From: Klebsiella phage EI
Sequence record: MN106245.1
Reading direction: 5' to 3' (one strand)
Length of the DNA: 64,000 nt
Positions within the stretch are counted from its first letter, which is position 1, and every line of letters starts with the position of its first letter. Position numbers and translations under genes: made by a program. The notes under the pieces were generated by a model that saw nothing but the letters and a program-made list of their open reading frames with translations, searched no databases and was not told the origin of the DNA. Positions 1 to 10,247 of this stretch are shown piece by piece.

Positions 1-819
<819 letters not shown>

Positions 820-849
820 AGATAAAGCAAATCACTTTGAGGAATAATC

Positions 850-2832
850 ATGGCTTTAATCTCTCCTGGAATTGAGCTCAAAGAAACGAGCGTCCAAAGC
901 ACGGTAGTCATTAACGCTACAGGTCGTGCTGCATTAGTTGGTAAGTTTCAATGGGGTCCAGCATACCAAGTTACTCAGGTTACTAACGAAGTAGAACTTG
1001 TTGACCTGTTTGGTGGACCGAACAACCAGACAGCTGACTATTTTATGTCTGGTATGAACTTCCTTCAGTATGGTAATGATCTTCGTACCGTACGTGTTGT
1101 AAACGAAGAGGCTGCTAAAAACGCAAGCCCTATCGCTGGTAACATTGAATGGACCATCGATACCGCAGGTACTAACTACTCTGTAGGTGATAAACTGACC
1201 GTAAAATATCTGACTACGGATGTTGAAACAGAAGGTCGTATTACTAAAGTAGATACCGATGGTAAAATCCTTTCAATCTTTATCCCGACTGCAAAAATTA
1301 TCGCTTACGCGAAGTCCATTAATCAGTATCCCAATTTAGGCAGTTCTTGGACCGTTGAAATCGCAGGAACTTCTGCAGGTGTTTCTGGCGGTATTAGCTT
1401 AGGTAAAATTATCGTTGATTCTGGTATTCTGTTGACCGATACAGAAACGGCCGATGAAAAAATAACTAATACTACCTTCCAAACTGCATTATCTAAGTAT
1501 GGTATGCCTGGTGTTGTGGCGATTTATCCCGGTGAAATCGGTTCTACTTTGGAAGTAGAAATTGTTTCTAAAGCTACCTACGATGCTAATGCAGTTTCTC
1601 TGTTAGATATGTATCCGGGTGGTGGTACTCGCGCGTCAACAGCCAAGTCTGTATTCGGCTACGGCCCTCAAACGCCAGATCAATATGCTATTATCGTTCG
1701 CCGTGACGGGACTTTAGTAGAAAATGTTATCCTATCCACTAAGCGTGGCGATAAGGATATGTACGGTAATAACATCTTTATGGATGATTATTTCGCCAAC
1801 GGTTCTTCTAAGTTCATTTTTGCTACTTCAGAAGGCTGGCCTAAAGATTTCAGTGGTATTATTCAGTTAAATGGTGGCGTTTCTGCTAATGAATCTGTTA
1901 CTGCGGCGGATCTTATGAAAGGTTGGGATCTGTTTGGTGACCGTGAAGCACTGCGTGTTAACCTGCTTATTGCTGGTGCATGCGCCGGTGAAGAAGCCGA
2001 AGTTTCTTCTACCGTACAGAAACACGTCGTTTCTATCGGCGATGAACGCCAAGACTGTTTAGTTCTTATTTCTCCGCCTCGTTCTGCTCTTGTTAATGTT
2101 CCGCTAACGCGTGCTGTTGACAATCTGATTGATTGGCGTGAAGGTACTGGTTCTTATACAGATTCTAACATGAACATTAATACCACATACGCGGCAATTG
2201 ACGGTAACTATAAGTATCAATACGATAAATATAACGACGTTAACCGTTGGGTTCCTTTAGCAGCTGATATTGCAGGTCTCTGTGCTCGTACCGACACAAC
2301 TTCTCAGCCTTGGATGTCTCCGGCTGGATACCGTCGCGGCCAGATCCTGAACTGCATTAAACTGGCTATTGAACCTCGTCAATCGGCACGTGATCGCATG
2401 TATCAAGTAGGTATTAACCCTGTTATTGGCCAAGGTACAGGTGAAGGTTTCATCCTGTTTGGCGATAAAACCGCTACTACAGTTCCGACTCCGTTCGACC
2501 GTATTAACGTTCGTCGTCTGTTTAACATGCTGAAAACCAATATCGGTGACAGTTCCAAGTATCAAATCTTCGAGCTGAATGATAACTTCACACGTTCCTC
2601 GTTCCGTATGGAAACAGGTCAATACTTAGCGAACATTAAAGCTCTTGGCGGTGTGTACGATTTCCGTGTTGTCTGTGATACTACTAACAACACCCCGGCG
2701 GTCATCGACCGTAACGAATTCGTTGCATCGTTCTACATCAAGCCGGCCAGATCGATAAATTATATTACTCTTAATTTCGTAGCTACAGCTACTGGCGCAG
2801 ACTTTGATGAACTGATTGGTGTTCAACAATAA
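850..2832 (+). CDS. 18: tail sheath protein gp18
   Basis: 660 aa; N-terminus ...LISPGIELKETSVQSTVV...GKFQWGP... matches the T4 gp18 start almost residue for residue; RBS GAGGAA upstream. Confidence 0.95.
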   Translation: MALISPGIELKETSVQSTVVINATGRAALVGKFQWGPAYQVTQVTNEVELVDLFGGPNNQTADYFMSGMNFLQYGNDLRTVRVVNEEAAKNASPIAGNIEWTIDTAGTNYSVGDKLTVKYLTTDVETEGRITKVDTDGKILSIFIPTAKIIAYAKSINQYPNLGSSWTVEIAGTSAGVSGGISLGKIIVDSGILLTDTETADEKITNTTFQTALSKYGMPGVVAIYPGEIGSTLEVEIVSKATYDANAVSLLDMYPGGGTRASTAKSVFGYGPQTPDQYAIIVRRDGTLVENVILSTKRGDKDMYGNNIFMDDYFANGSSKFIFATSEGWPKDFSGIIQLNGGVSANESVTAADLMKGWDLFGDREALRVNLLIAGACAGEEAEVSSTVQKHVVSIGDERQDCLVLISPPRSALVNVPLTRAVDNLIDWREGTGSYTDSNMNINTTYAAIDGNYKYQYDKYNDVNRWVPLAADIAGLCARTDTTSQPWMSPAGYRRGQILNCIKLAIEPRQSARDRMYQVGINPVIGQGTGEGFILFGDKTATTVPTPFDRINVRRLFNMLKTNIGDSSKYQIFELNDNFTRSSFRMETGQYLANIKALGGVYDFRVVCDTTNNTPAVIDRNEFVASFYIKPARSINYITLNFVATATGADFDELIGVQQ

Positions 2833-2991
2833 TATAATCACCTACCGGAAAGACCTGAAGTCATTATACTATGGCTTCAGGTTTAGCAATAAATCCGTAG
2901 GACGCCGCCAGGCGAATCCTTTTTAGAGGATAATAAATTATATTAACCACAATTTAAATTATCCCTGGCGTCCACAGACACTTCCAGGCGA

Positions 2992-2999
2992 TATAAATA
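2992..2999 (+). promoter_or_regulatory. late promoter TATAAATA upstream of gene 19
   Basis: Exact TATAAATA 14 nt before the gp19 ATG. Confidence 0.6.
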
Positions 3000-3012
3000 A
3001 GAGAGATTACTT

Positions 3013-3504
3013 ATGGAGCTTACAGACATCACCAAAGCATTCGAATCCGGTGACTTCGCTCGTCCTAACCTGTTTGAAGTTGAAATCCCATTCCTTGGCC
3101 GTAACTTCAGCTTCCAGTGTAAAGCTGCTACTATGCCTGCGGGTATTGTAGAAAAAGTTCCTGTTGGATATATGAACCGCAAAATTAATATTGCCGGAGA
3201 CCGTACATTCGACGATTGGACTATCACAATTTATAACGATGACGCTCATGAAGTTCGTAAAGCTATTATTGCTTGGGCTGCCATGGCTCATTCCCAGGGT
3301 AATGAAATTACAGGTTCTACCCCTGCTGAATATAAGAAAACTGCTAAAGTTCGTCAGTTCTCACGTGATGGTAAAACTGTCACTAATGAACACGAAATCG
3401 TAGGCCTTTGGCCGACCAACGTAGGCGAAGTTACCCTCGATTGGGATTCGAATAACGAAGTTGAAACATTTGAAGCTACCTTTGCCCTTGACTGGTGGCT
3501 GTAA
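3013..3504 (+). CDS. 19: tail tube protein gp19
   Basis: 163 aa, same length as T4 gp19; position between genes 18 and 20. Confidence 0.9.
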   Translation: MELTDITKAFESGDFARPNLFEVEIPFLGRNFSFQCKAATMPAGIVEKVPVGYMNRKINIAGDRTFDDWTITIYNDDAHEVRKAIIAWAAMAHSQGNEITGSTPAEYKKTAKVRQFSRDGKTVTNEHEIVGLWPTNVGEVTLDWDSNNEVETFEATFALDWWL

Positions 3505-3510
3505 TTCTGG

Positions 3511-3528
3511 TAGGGTCTTCGGGCCCTA
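3511..3528 (+). terminator. UUCG-tetraloop hairpin after gene 19
   Basis: tagggtc-ttcg-ggcccta stem-loop followed by a T-rich tract. Confidence 0.45.
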
Positions 3529-3566
3529 TCGCTATTTCTTAAGCGAATGATCTTACGAAATAGCGA

Positions 3567-3574
3567 TATAAATA
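3567..3574 (+). promoter_or_regulatory. late promoter TATAAATA upstream of gene 20
   Basis: Exact TATAAATA; it overlaps the 3' arm of a 12-bp inverted repeat (tatcgctatttc / gaaatagcgata). Confidence 0.6.
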
Positions 3575-3590
3575 GTAGTAAGAATCATTA

Positions 3591-4751
3591 TTGGAGAAAG
3601 TAATGAATTTCAACATTCTAAGTTTATTCGCTCCGTGGGAAAAACACGATGAGTCCGAATATAAACGACAAATTAGAGACGATTTAGAATCCATTACCGG
3701 ACCCAAATTCGATGATGGAGCTCATGAAGTAGAAACTAATGAGCAAGATGCCCCGTATAACGCGTTTAACCAAATGATGTTTGGTACTCAGTTGCCGGGA
3801 ATGAAAACTACTCGTGAGCTTATTGACACTTACCGTAGTTTGATGAACAACTATGAAGTAGATAACGCAGTCCAGGATATTATTTCAGATTCCATCGTTT
3901 ACGAAGATGGCCACGATGTAGTATCTTTAAATCTCGACTCTACCAACTTTAGTGCAAATATAAAAGAACGAATGATGGACGAATTCAAAGAAATTTTGAA
4001 CTGTCTTGATTTTGAAAGAAAAGGTAGTGACCATTTCCGCCGTTGGTATGTAGACTCGCGCATCTTCTTCCATAAAATTATCGATCTTAAGCGCCCTAGA
4101 GAGGGTATCAAAGAGCTTCGTCGTTTGGATCCACGTAACCTTCAGTATGTTCGTGAACTAATCACAAAAGAAGAAGCCGGTGTTAAAGTCGTTAAAGGCT
4201 ATAAAGAATACTTTATCTACGATACAGCTAACGAAAGCTACTGCGTAAATAACAAAGTTTATTCTGCCCACACTAAGATTAAAATTCCGCGGTCAGCTAT
4301 TACGTATGCTCATTCAGGTTTAGTTGATTGCTGCGGTAAAAGCATTATCGGTTATCTTCATCGTGCAGTTAAGCCTGCTAACCAGCTTAAACTCTTAGAA
4401 GATGCGTTAGTAATTTACCGTATCACACGTGCACCGGACCGCCGTATCTTTTATATTGATACCGGGAATATGCCTTCTCGTAAGGCGACAGCACATATGC
4501 AGCATATTATGAACACAATGAAAAATCGTGTTGTGTATGACGCTTCTACCGGTAAAATTAAAAACCAACAACACAATATGTCTATGACTGAAGACTATTG
4601 GTTGCAACGACGTGATGGTAAAGCAGTAACAGAAGTTGATACCTTACCGGGTGCCACTAATATGAGTGACATGGATGACGTACGTTATTTCCGTGCAGCT
4701 CTTTATATGGCTCTTCGTGTTCCGTTATCTCGTATGCCGTCTTCTGCTTGA
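3591..4751 (+). CDS. 20: portal vertex protein gp20, N-terminal 386 codons ending at an in-frame TGA
   Basis: Clear gp20 homology; ends ...LSRMPSSA then TGA at 4749-4751 followed by A10. Confidence 0.85.
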   Translation: MEKVMNFNILSLFAPWEKHDESEYKRQIRDDLESITGPKFDDGAHEVETNEQDAPYNAFNQMMFGTQLPGMKTTRELIDTYRSLMNNYEVDNAVQDIISDSIVYEDGHDVVSLNLDSTNFSANIKERMMDEFKEILNCLDFERKGSDHFRRWYVDSRIFFHKIIDLKRPREGIKELRRLDPRNLQYVRELITKEEAGVKVVKGYKEYFIYDTANESYCVNNKVYSAHTKIKIPRSAITYAHSGLVDCCGKSIIGYLHRAVKPANQLKLLEDALVIYRITRAPDRRIFYIDTGNMPSRKATAHMQHIMNTMKNRVVYDASTGKIKNQQHNMSMTEDYWLQRRDGKAVTEVDTLPGATNMSDMDDVRYFRAALYMALRVPLSRMPSSA

Positions 4752-4760
4752 AAAAAAAAA

Positions 4761-5171
4761 GTGCAGTTCGATGCTGGAACCGGTATCACTCGCGAAGAAT
4801 TAGATTTCCGTAAATTTATCCGAGACCTTCAACATAAGTTTGAAGAAATTATGCTTGATCCTCTGAAAACCAATCTTCTTTTGAAGAAAGTTATTACAGA
4901 AGATGAGTGGAATAAAGAGATAAATAATATTAAAGTTGTGTTCCACCAAGACTCATACTTCACAGAAATGAAGGATGCAGAAGTGATGGAACGTAGAATC
5001 AATATGCTAACCATGGCTGAACCGTTTATTGGGAAATACATTTCTCACCAATATGCCATGAAAACTTTCTTGCAGATGTCTGATGAACAGATTGATCAAG
5101 AAGCTAAGCAAATTGAATTAGAGTCTAAAGAGGCTCGTTTCCAAGACCCAGAAAATGTAGAGGACTTCTAA
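4761..5171 (+). CDS. 20: portal vertex protein gp20, C-terminal 136 codons, same frame as the upstream part
   Basis: Begins with GTG; ...[12 protein letters not shown]...[14 protein letters not shown]... matches the gp20 C-terminus; 3591 and 4761 are in the same frame, so the gene is interrupted only by the TGA. Confidence 0.85.
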   Translation: MQFDAGTGITREELDFRKFIRDLQHKFEEIMLDPLKTNLLLKKVITEDEWNKEINNIKVVFHQDSYFTEMKDAEVMERRINMLTMAEPFIGKYISHQYAMKTFLQMSDEQIDQEAKQIELESKEARFQDPENVEDF

Positions 5172-5375
5172 ATGGAAGAATTAATGGAAGCAATTAAGGC
5201 TAACGACCTCGTTGCAGTACGTAAAGCCGTGGCTCCACTGCTGCAAGAACGGACGTCTAGTTTAATTGAAGAGCTTAAAGTCAAAATTGCAAGCTCAGTC
5301 ATGATCGAAGGCGAAGAACCTGAAGAAGATTCGGAGGATGACGCCGATGACGACGATGATGAGGACGACGAATAA
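5172..5375 (+). CDS. 67: prohead core protein gp67
   Basis: 67 aa; [15 protein letters not shown]... with an acidic D/E-rich tail as in T4 gp67. Confidence 0.85.
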   Translation: MEELMEAIKANDLVAVRKAVAPLLQERTSSLIEELKVKIASSVMIEGEEPEEDSEDDADDDDDEDDE

Positions 5376-5800
5376 TGTTGATACTCCCTGAAAATTTCGA
5401 ATTAGTTATCGAGAACGTTGAAAGCAAAATTCAAGAAGCTCAGGGCCGCATAGACCATTTGTCTAAAGCATTCGATAAAGACGGTATAAATACAATTGTA
5501 GAGAACATGATGGCTAGCGAAACCGAACTGGCCATCGCAATGGGCGCTCTCAATGAAGATATGCAACTTAATGAATTTATCGTTAAGCACGTCAATAGCC
5601 GCGGTGAAGTGACCCGCCTTAAAGACCGCAAAACTCGTGAGCGTAATGCTTATCAAACTACTGGTCTTTCTAAATCGAAGCGCCGTCAAATTGCTCGAAA
5701 AGCGGTCAAATCTAAACGGGCGAACCCGAGCGTGATAACTCGTGGTATTCGCAAACAAAAGAAAGCTATTAAACGCCGTCAAGCACTAGGACTGAGCTAA
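5375..5800 (+). CDS. 68: prohead core protein gp68
   Basis: 141 aa, the T4 gp68 size; ATGA overlap with gene 67; position. Confidence 0.8.
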   Translation: MLILPENFELVIENVESKIQEAQGRIDHLSKAFDKDGINTIVENMMASETELAIAMGALNEDMQLNEFIVKHVNSRGEVTRLKDRKTRERNAYQTTGLSKSKRRQIARKAVKSKRANPSVITRGIRKQKKAIKRRQALGLS

Positions 5801-6465
5801 TGTCAAACGTCAATGAACAACTCTTAATTGAGAACTGGGGAATACCGGGTGAAATCATTGATGGAAAACCTATGCTCGAATCGTTTGAACAGCCTTCAGA
5901 CGGGTCGAGCGGTTTAAAGCCAGGGCTGTATATTGAAGGTATTTTCCTTCAAGCCGAAGTGGTAAACCGTAATAAGCGGTTGTATCCTAAAGCTGTCCTA
6001 GAGCGTGCCATTGACCGGTATATAACCGAACAAGTTAAAACTAAGCAGTCATTAGGAGAACTAAATCATCCTCCTCGTGCAAACGTCGACCCAATGCAAG
6101 CTGCTATCATTATTGAGGATATGTGGTGGAAGGGTAATAACGTTTATGGACGCGCACGTGTCATCGAAGGTGACAACGGACCGGGTGATAAATTGGCTGC
6201 TAACATCCGAGCAGGGTGGATTCCTGGAGTGTCTAGTAGAGGCCTGGGCACATTAAAAGATTCAGGTAAAGGATATAACATCGTACAAGAAGGTTTTCGC
6301 CTGACGGTAGGTGTTGATGCAGTTTGGGGTCCCTCAGCTCCAGATGCGTTTGTAGCACCGCGAGAAATTCGTGAGTCTACAGAAAAGGTAGAAGCAACTG
6401 CCAAGATGAATGCTGATAAAGCATTTACCGCTCTAATCGAGAGCCTAGAAAAGCATTATAAATAA
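5800..6465 (+). CDS. 21: prohead core scaffold protein and protease gp21
   Basis: ...LIENWGIPGEIIDGKPMLES...LYPK...LGELNHPPRANVDPMQAAIIIEDMWWKGN... is near-identical to T4 gp21. Confidence 0.95.
   Translation: MSNVNEQLLIENWGIPGEIIDGKPMLESFEQPSDGSSGLKPGLYIEGIFLQAEVVNRNKRLYPKAVLERAIDRYITEQVKTKQSLGELNHPPRANVDPMQAAIIIEDMWWKGNNVYGRARVIEGDNGPGDKLAANIRAGWIPGVSSRGLGTLKDSGKGYNIVQEGFRLTVGVDAVWGPSAPDAFVAPREIRESTEKVEATAKMNADKAFTALIESLEKHYK
6457..6464 (+). promoter_or_regulatory. late promoter TATAAATA upstream of gene 22
   Basis: Exact TATAAATA 30 nt before the gp22 ATG. Confidence 0.55.
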
Positions 6466-6493
6466 TAATGTAACTTAACAACAGGACACCAAA

Positions 6494-7300
6494 ATGCTTA
6501 AAGAACTTCTGATGACCGAAGCTCAGACTATTGATGCTAAAGTCGAACTAGATAGCATTTTCGAATCAGTTGAACTGTCTGCCGATGTTAAGGCTAAGTT
6601 TGAAACTGTTTACGAAACTGCTGTAAAAGCCGCCGCTGTAAAGCTGGCTGAATCTCACATCGAAAAAATCGCCACCCTGGCCGAAGAAAAAGTCGAAGAA
6701 GAAAAGGAAAAAGCTGAGAAAAAAATCACTGAATCGGCCGCTAAGTTCCTCGACCACGTTGCCAAAGAATGGCTTGCCGAAAACAAACTGGCTGTAGATC
6801 GTGGTATTAAAGCTGACTTATTCGAATCCATGGTTGTCGGTCTGAAAGATCTGTTCGTCGAACATAACGTTGTGGTTCCAGAAGATGCTGTAGATGTTGT
6901 TGCAGAACTTCAAGAAGAAATCGCTGAACAGAAAGCTGAAACTGCGCGTCTGTTTGAAGAAGTAAACATGCGCGATGCTTATATCAATTACGTTCAACGC
7001 GAAACTGCTATGAACGAAGCTACCCGCGACTTAACTGAATCCCAGAAAGAGAAAGTTATTTCTCTGACTGAAGGTTTGGAATATTCTGATGCATTCGGTA
7101 CTAAACTGGCCGCCATCGTAGAAATGGTACAGTCCTCCGCTGAAGCTTCAGCAATTGTCGAAAGTGCTGATATAAATACTATTGACAAAGATGCTGAGGG
7201 TCTTAACTTCACTGTCGAAGCTGTAGAACCCGAAGAAACTCCTAAACAATCCGGTGGCCTGATGGCTGCATATGTCGCTTCAGCGGCTCGTATTTCTTAA
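6494..7300 (+). CDS. 22: prohead core scaffold protein gp22
   Basis: 268 aa, acidic, E/K-rich and helical; position between genes 21 and 23. Confidence 0.9.
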   Translation: MLKELLMTEAQTIDAKVELDSIFESVELSADVKAKFETVYETAVKAAAVKLAESHIEKIATLAEEKVEEEKEKAEKKITESAAKFLDHVAKEWLAENKLAVDRGIKADLFESMVVGLKDLFVEHNVVVPEDAVDVVAELQEEIAEQKAETARLFEEVNMRDAYINYVQRETAMNEATRDLTESQKEKVISLTEGLEYSDAFGTKLAAIVEMVQSSAEASAIVESADINTIDKDAEGLNFTVEAVEPEETPKQSGGLMAAYVASAARIS

Positions 7301-7320
7301 TTTAAAAAGGTTATTAACAC

Positions 7321-8886
7321 ATGAAAACTAACAAACTCGTAGAAAAATGGACTCCGCTGCTTGAAGGTGAAGGTCTACCGGAAATCGTTGGCGCCGGTAA
7401 GAAAGCACTGATTGCAAAAATTATGGAAACCCAGGAAGCAGCTATTCAGACTGAACAGGCTTTCCGTGACGAAAAAATTGCTGAAGCTTTTGGTTCTTTC
7501 CTGAGCGAAGCAGAAATTGGCGGTGACCACGGTTACGATGCTCAGAATATCGCAGCAGGCCAGACCTCTAGTGCTATCACTCAGATCGGCCCGGCAGTAA
7601 TGGGTATGGTTCGTCGTGCTATTCCTAATCTGATTGCTTTTGATATCTGCGGTGTTCAGCCTATGTCCAGCCCTACCGGCCAGGTATTTGCACTGCGTGC
7701 AGTATACGGTAAAGATCCGATTGCTCCAGGTGCTAAAGAAGCTTTCCATCCGATGTTTGCTCCGGATGCAATGTATTCAGGCCAGGGTGCTACCGCTCAG
7801 GGTCGTGCATTCGCTGAAATTAAAGCAGGCACTGAAATCACCGAAGGTGATATTGTTAAGCATGTATTCCAGGAAACCGGGATTGCTTACTTCCAGGCTG
7901 TTGAAACCGTAACCCCGGGAGCTGCCGCTAACGCCGCCGCACTGGATGCAGTTGTTATGGGTCTGGTTGAAGCCGGTAAACTGGCTGAACTGGCCGAAGG
8001 TATGGCTACTTCTATCGCTGAACTGCAGGAAGGCTTCAATGGTTCCAAAGACAATCCGTGGAACGAAATGGGCTTCCGTATCGATAAGCAAGTTATCGAA
8101 GCTAAATCTCGTCAGCTGAAAGCTCAGTATTCCATCGAACTGGCACAGGATCTGCGCGCTGTCCACGGTATGGATGCAGATGCCGAACTGAGTTCTATTC
8201 TGGCTACTGAAATTATGCTGGAAATCAACCGTGAAGTTGTTGACTGGATCAACTACTCTGCTCAGCCTGGTAAAACCGGCATGACCCAGACCATTGGTTC
8301 TAAAGCAGGCGTGTTCGACTTCCAGGATCCGATTGATATCCGTGGTGCTCGTTGGGCCGGTGAAAGCTTTAAAGCTCTCCTGTTCCAGATTGACAAAGAA
8401 TCCGCTGAAATCGCTCGTCAGACCGGTCGCGGTGAAGGTAACTTCATTATCGCTTCCCGTAACGTTGTAAACGCACTGGCTGCTACTGATTCTGGTATCA
8501 CCTATGCTGCACAAGGCCTGGGTAAAGGTTATAACGTTGATACCACTAAATCTGTGTTTGCAGGTGTTCTTGGTGGCAAATACCGCGTCTACATTGACCA
8601 GTATGCTCCGCAGGACTACTTCACCATCGGTTATAAAGGCAGCAACGAAATGGATGCCGGTATCTACTATGCTCCTTACGTTGCGCTGACCCCGCTGCGT
8701 GGTTCCGATCCGAAGAACTTCCAGCCGGTCATGGGCTTCAAAACCCGCTACGGTATTGGTATTAACCCGTTCGCTGATTCTAAACTGCAAGCTCCTGGTG
8801 CACGTATTCAGTCCGGTATGCCGTCCATCGTTAACAGCGTTGGTAAAAACGCCTACTTCCGGCGTGTATGGGTCAAGGGCCTGTAA
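7321..8886 (+). CDS. 23: major capsid protein gp23
   Basis: 521 aa; ...KWTPLLEGEGLPEI...GGDHGYDAQNIAAGQTSSAITQIGPAVMGMVRRAIPNLIAFDICGVQPM... matches T4 gp23 with very high identity. Confidence 0.97.
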   Translation: MKTNKLVEKWTPLLEGEGLPEIVGAGKKALIAKIMETQEAAIQTEQAFRDEKIAEAFGSFLSEAEIGGDHGYDAQNIAAGQTSSAITQIGPAVMGMVRRAIPNLIAFDICGVQPMSSPTGQVFALRAVYGKDPIAPGAKEAFHPMFAPDAMYSGQGATAQGRAFAEIKAGTEITEGDIVKHVFQETGIAYFQAVETVTPGAAANAAALDAVVMGLVEAGKLAELAEGMATSIAELQEGFNGSKDNPWNEMGFRIDKQVIEAKSRQLKAQYSIELAQDLRAVHGMDADAELSSILATEIMLEINREVVDWINYSAQPGKTGMTQTIGSKAGVFDFQDPIDIRGARWAGESFKALLFQIDKESAEIARQTGRGEGNFIIASRNVVNALAATDSGITYAAQGLGKGYNVDTTKSVFAGVLGGKYRVYIDQYAPQDYFTIGYKGSNEMDAGIYYAPYVALTPLRGSDPKNFQPVMGFKTRYGIGINPFADSKLQAPGARIQSGMPSIVNSVGKNAYFRRVWVKGL

Positions 8887-8901
8887 TTTTAAAACCTTTA
8901 T

Positions 8902-8931
8902 GGGAGAGCTTTCGCTCTCCCATTTTTGTTT
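8902..8931 (+). terminator. rho-independent terminator after gene 23
   Basis: gggagagc-tttc-gctctccc hairpin followed by ATTTTTGTTT. Confidence 0.7.
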
Positions 8932-8940
8932 GTAGACCTT

Positions 8941-8948
8941 TATAAATA
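8941..8948 (+). promoter_or_regulatory. late promoter TATAAATA upstream of gene 24
   Basis: Exact TATAAATA 28 nt before the gp24 ATG. Confidence 0.6.
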
Positions 8949-8975
8949 GAATTATATCAACCCGAGGAAAGCGCA

Positions 8976-10247
8976 ATGGCTAAAATTAACGAACTTCTGC
9001 GCGAATCAACTGTAACGAATAGCATCCAATATGGTCGCCCGAATCTCGTTGCATTGACCCGCGCTACTACTAAATTGGTTTACACTGACATCGTCGCCGA
9101 ACAACGTACTACTCAGCCTGTTGCTGCTCTGTATGGTGTTAAATACGAAACCCCAGACGATGAACTCTCTTTTAAAACAGGTGCTACTTACGGCGGTGCT
9201 GCTTCTGCATCTGACCGGGATAGTATAGAAGAAATTACTTCTGCAACACACTCTGTGACGGCAGGGACACTTTATAAGTATAACAATGTGGTTTATAAGG
9301 CCTTAGAATCGGGTGCTCTAAACGGCGCTACTATTGACGAAGCTCTGTCTGAAGCCCTTATCACTTTAAAGCTTCGTTTTTATTCTGAGGCAGCTGAAAC
9401 GGTTAAATTTGAATCTAATAATGTAGAAATTAGTTCTGCTAATTTCACTGTTAACAAATGGAACGCTCGAGTTAAAACCCGTAAGCTGAAAACTTCTCTG
9501 ACTGTTGAACTGGCCCAGGATCTAGAAGCTAACGGCTTTGATGCTAACATGTTTCTTGAAGATCTTCTTGCAACAACAATGGCCGATGAAATCAATAAGG
9601 ACGTTCTTCAATCCTTGATTACAGTTTCTAAACGTTATAAAGTTGCAGGCGTTTCTGACGACGGATCTGTTGATTTATCTTACTCAAGCGCCCCTGAAGC
9701 GGCCCGTAAACTTTACCAATTAGTTTGCGAAATGAACAGCCATATTCAAAGTAAAACTTCTTATTCTGGAACCTATGTCGTTGCTAGTGCTCGTGCTGCT
9801 GCTGTTCTGGCTGGGTCCGGATGGCTGAAACACCGCCCTGAAGATGACGAATACCTTGCAGAATCTGCGTACGGGTTCCTGGCTAACGGTCTTCCGGTAT
9901 TTGTTGATGTTAATAGCCCATTAGATTATGTCACTGTAGGTGTTAAAGAATCCTTCGGCGGTAGTGAAGTTATTGGATCTTTGTTCTATGCACCTTATAC
10001 TGAAGGTCTTGATCTTGATAATGACGAACATGTCGGCACCTTTAAGGTAGTTGTCGACCCTGATTCTTTACAGCCTACTATTTCGTTGATGGTTCGGTAC
10101 GCGTTGTCTGCTAATCCATATACCGTTGCTAAAGATGAAAAAGAAGCTCGAGATATTGATGCAACCAATATGGATAAGATGGCAGGTCAAAGCGACATGT
10201 CGGTCCTTCTGGGTGTTAAACTCCCTGCTATTTTAAGTGAGCCATAA
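8976..10247 (+). CDS. 24: head vertex protein gp24 (copy 1)
   Basis: 423 aa; gp23/gp24-fold paralog downstream of gene 23 as in T4; contains the conserved ...KLKTSLTVELAQDLEANGFDA... block. Confidence 0.9.
   Translation: MAKINELLRESTVTNSIQYGRPNLVALTRATTKLVYTDIVAEQRTTQPVAALYGVKYETPDDELSFKTGATYGGAASASDRDSIEEITSATHSVTAGTLYKYNNVVYKALESGALNGATIDEALSEALITLKLRFYSEAAETVKFESNNVEISSANFTVNKWNARVKTRKLKTSLTVELAQDLEANGFDANMFLEDLLATTMADEINKDVLQSLITVSKRYKVAGVSDDGSVDLSYSSAPEAARKLYQLVCEMNSHIQSKTSYSGTYVVASARAAAVLAGSGWLKHRPEDDEYLAESAYGFLANGLPVFVDVNSPLDYVTVGVKESFGGSEVIGSLFYAPYTEGLDLDNDEHVGTFKVVVDPDSLQPTISLMVRYALSANPYTVAKDEKEARDIDATNMDKMAGQSDMSVLLGVKLPAILSEP

Noticed and set aside
7777-8976. 399-aa ORF antisense to the major capsid gene 23
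   Set aside because: It lies entirely inside the strongly conserved gp23 coding sequence on the opposite strand and is low-complexity (S/T/G/F-rich); it is a typical antisense artefact of a highly expressed gene with biased codon usage
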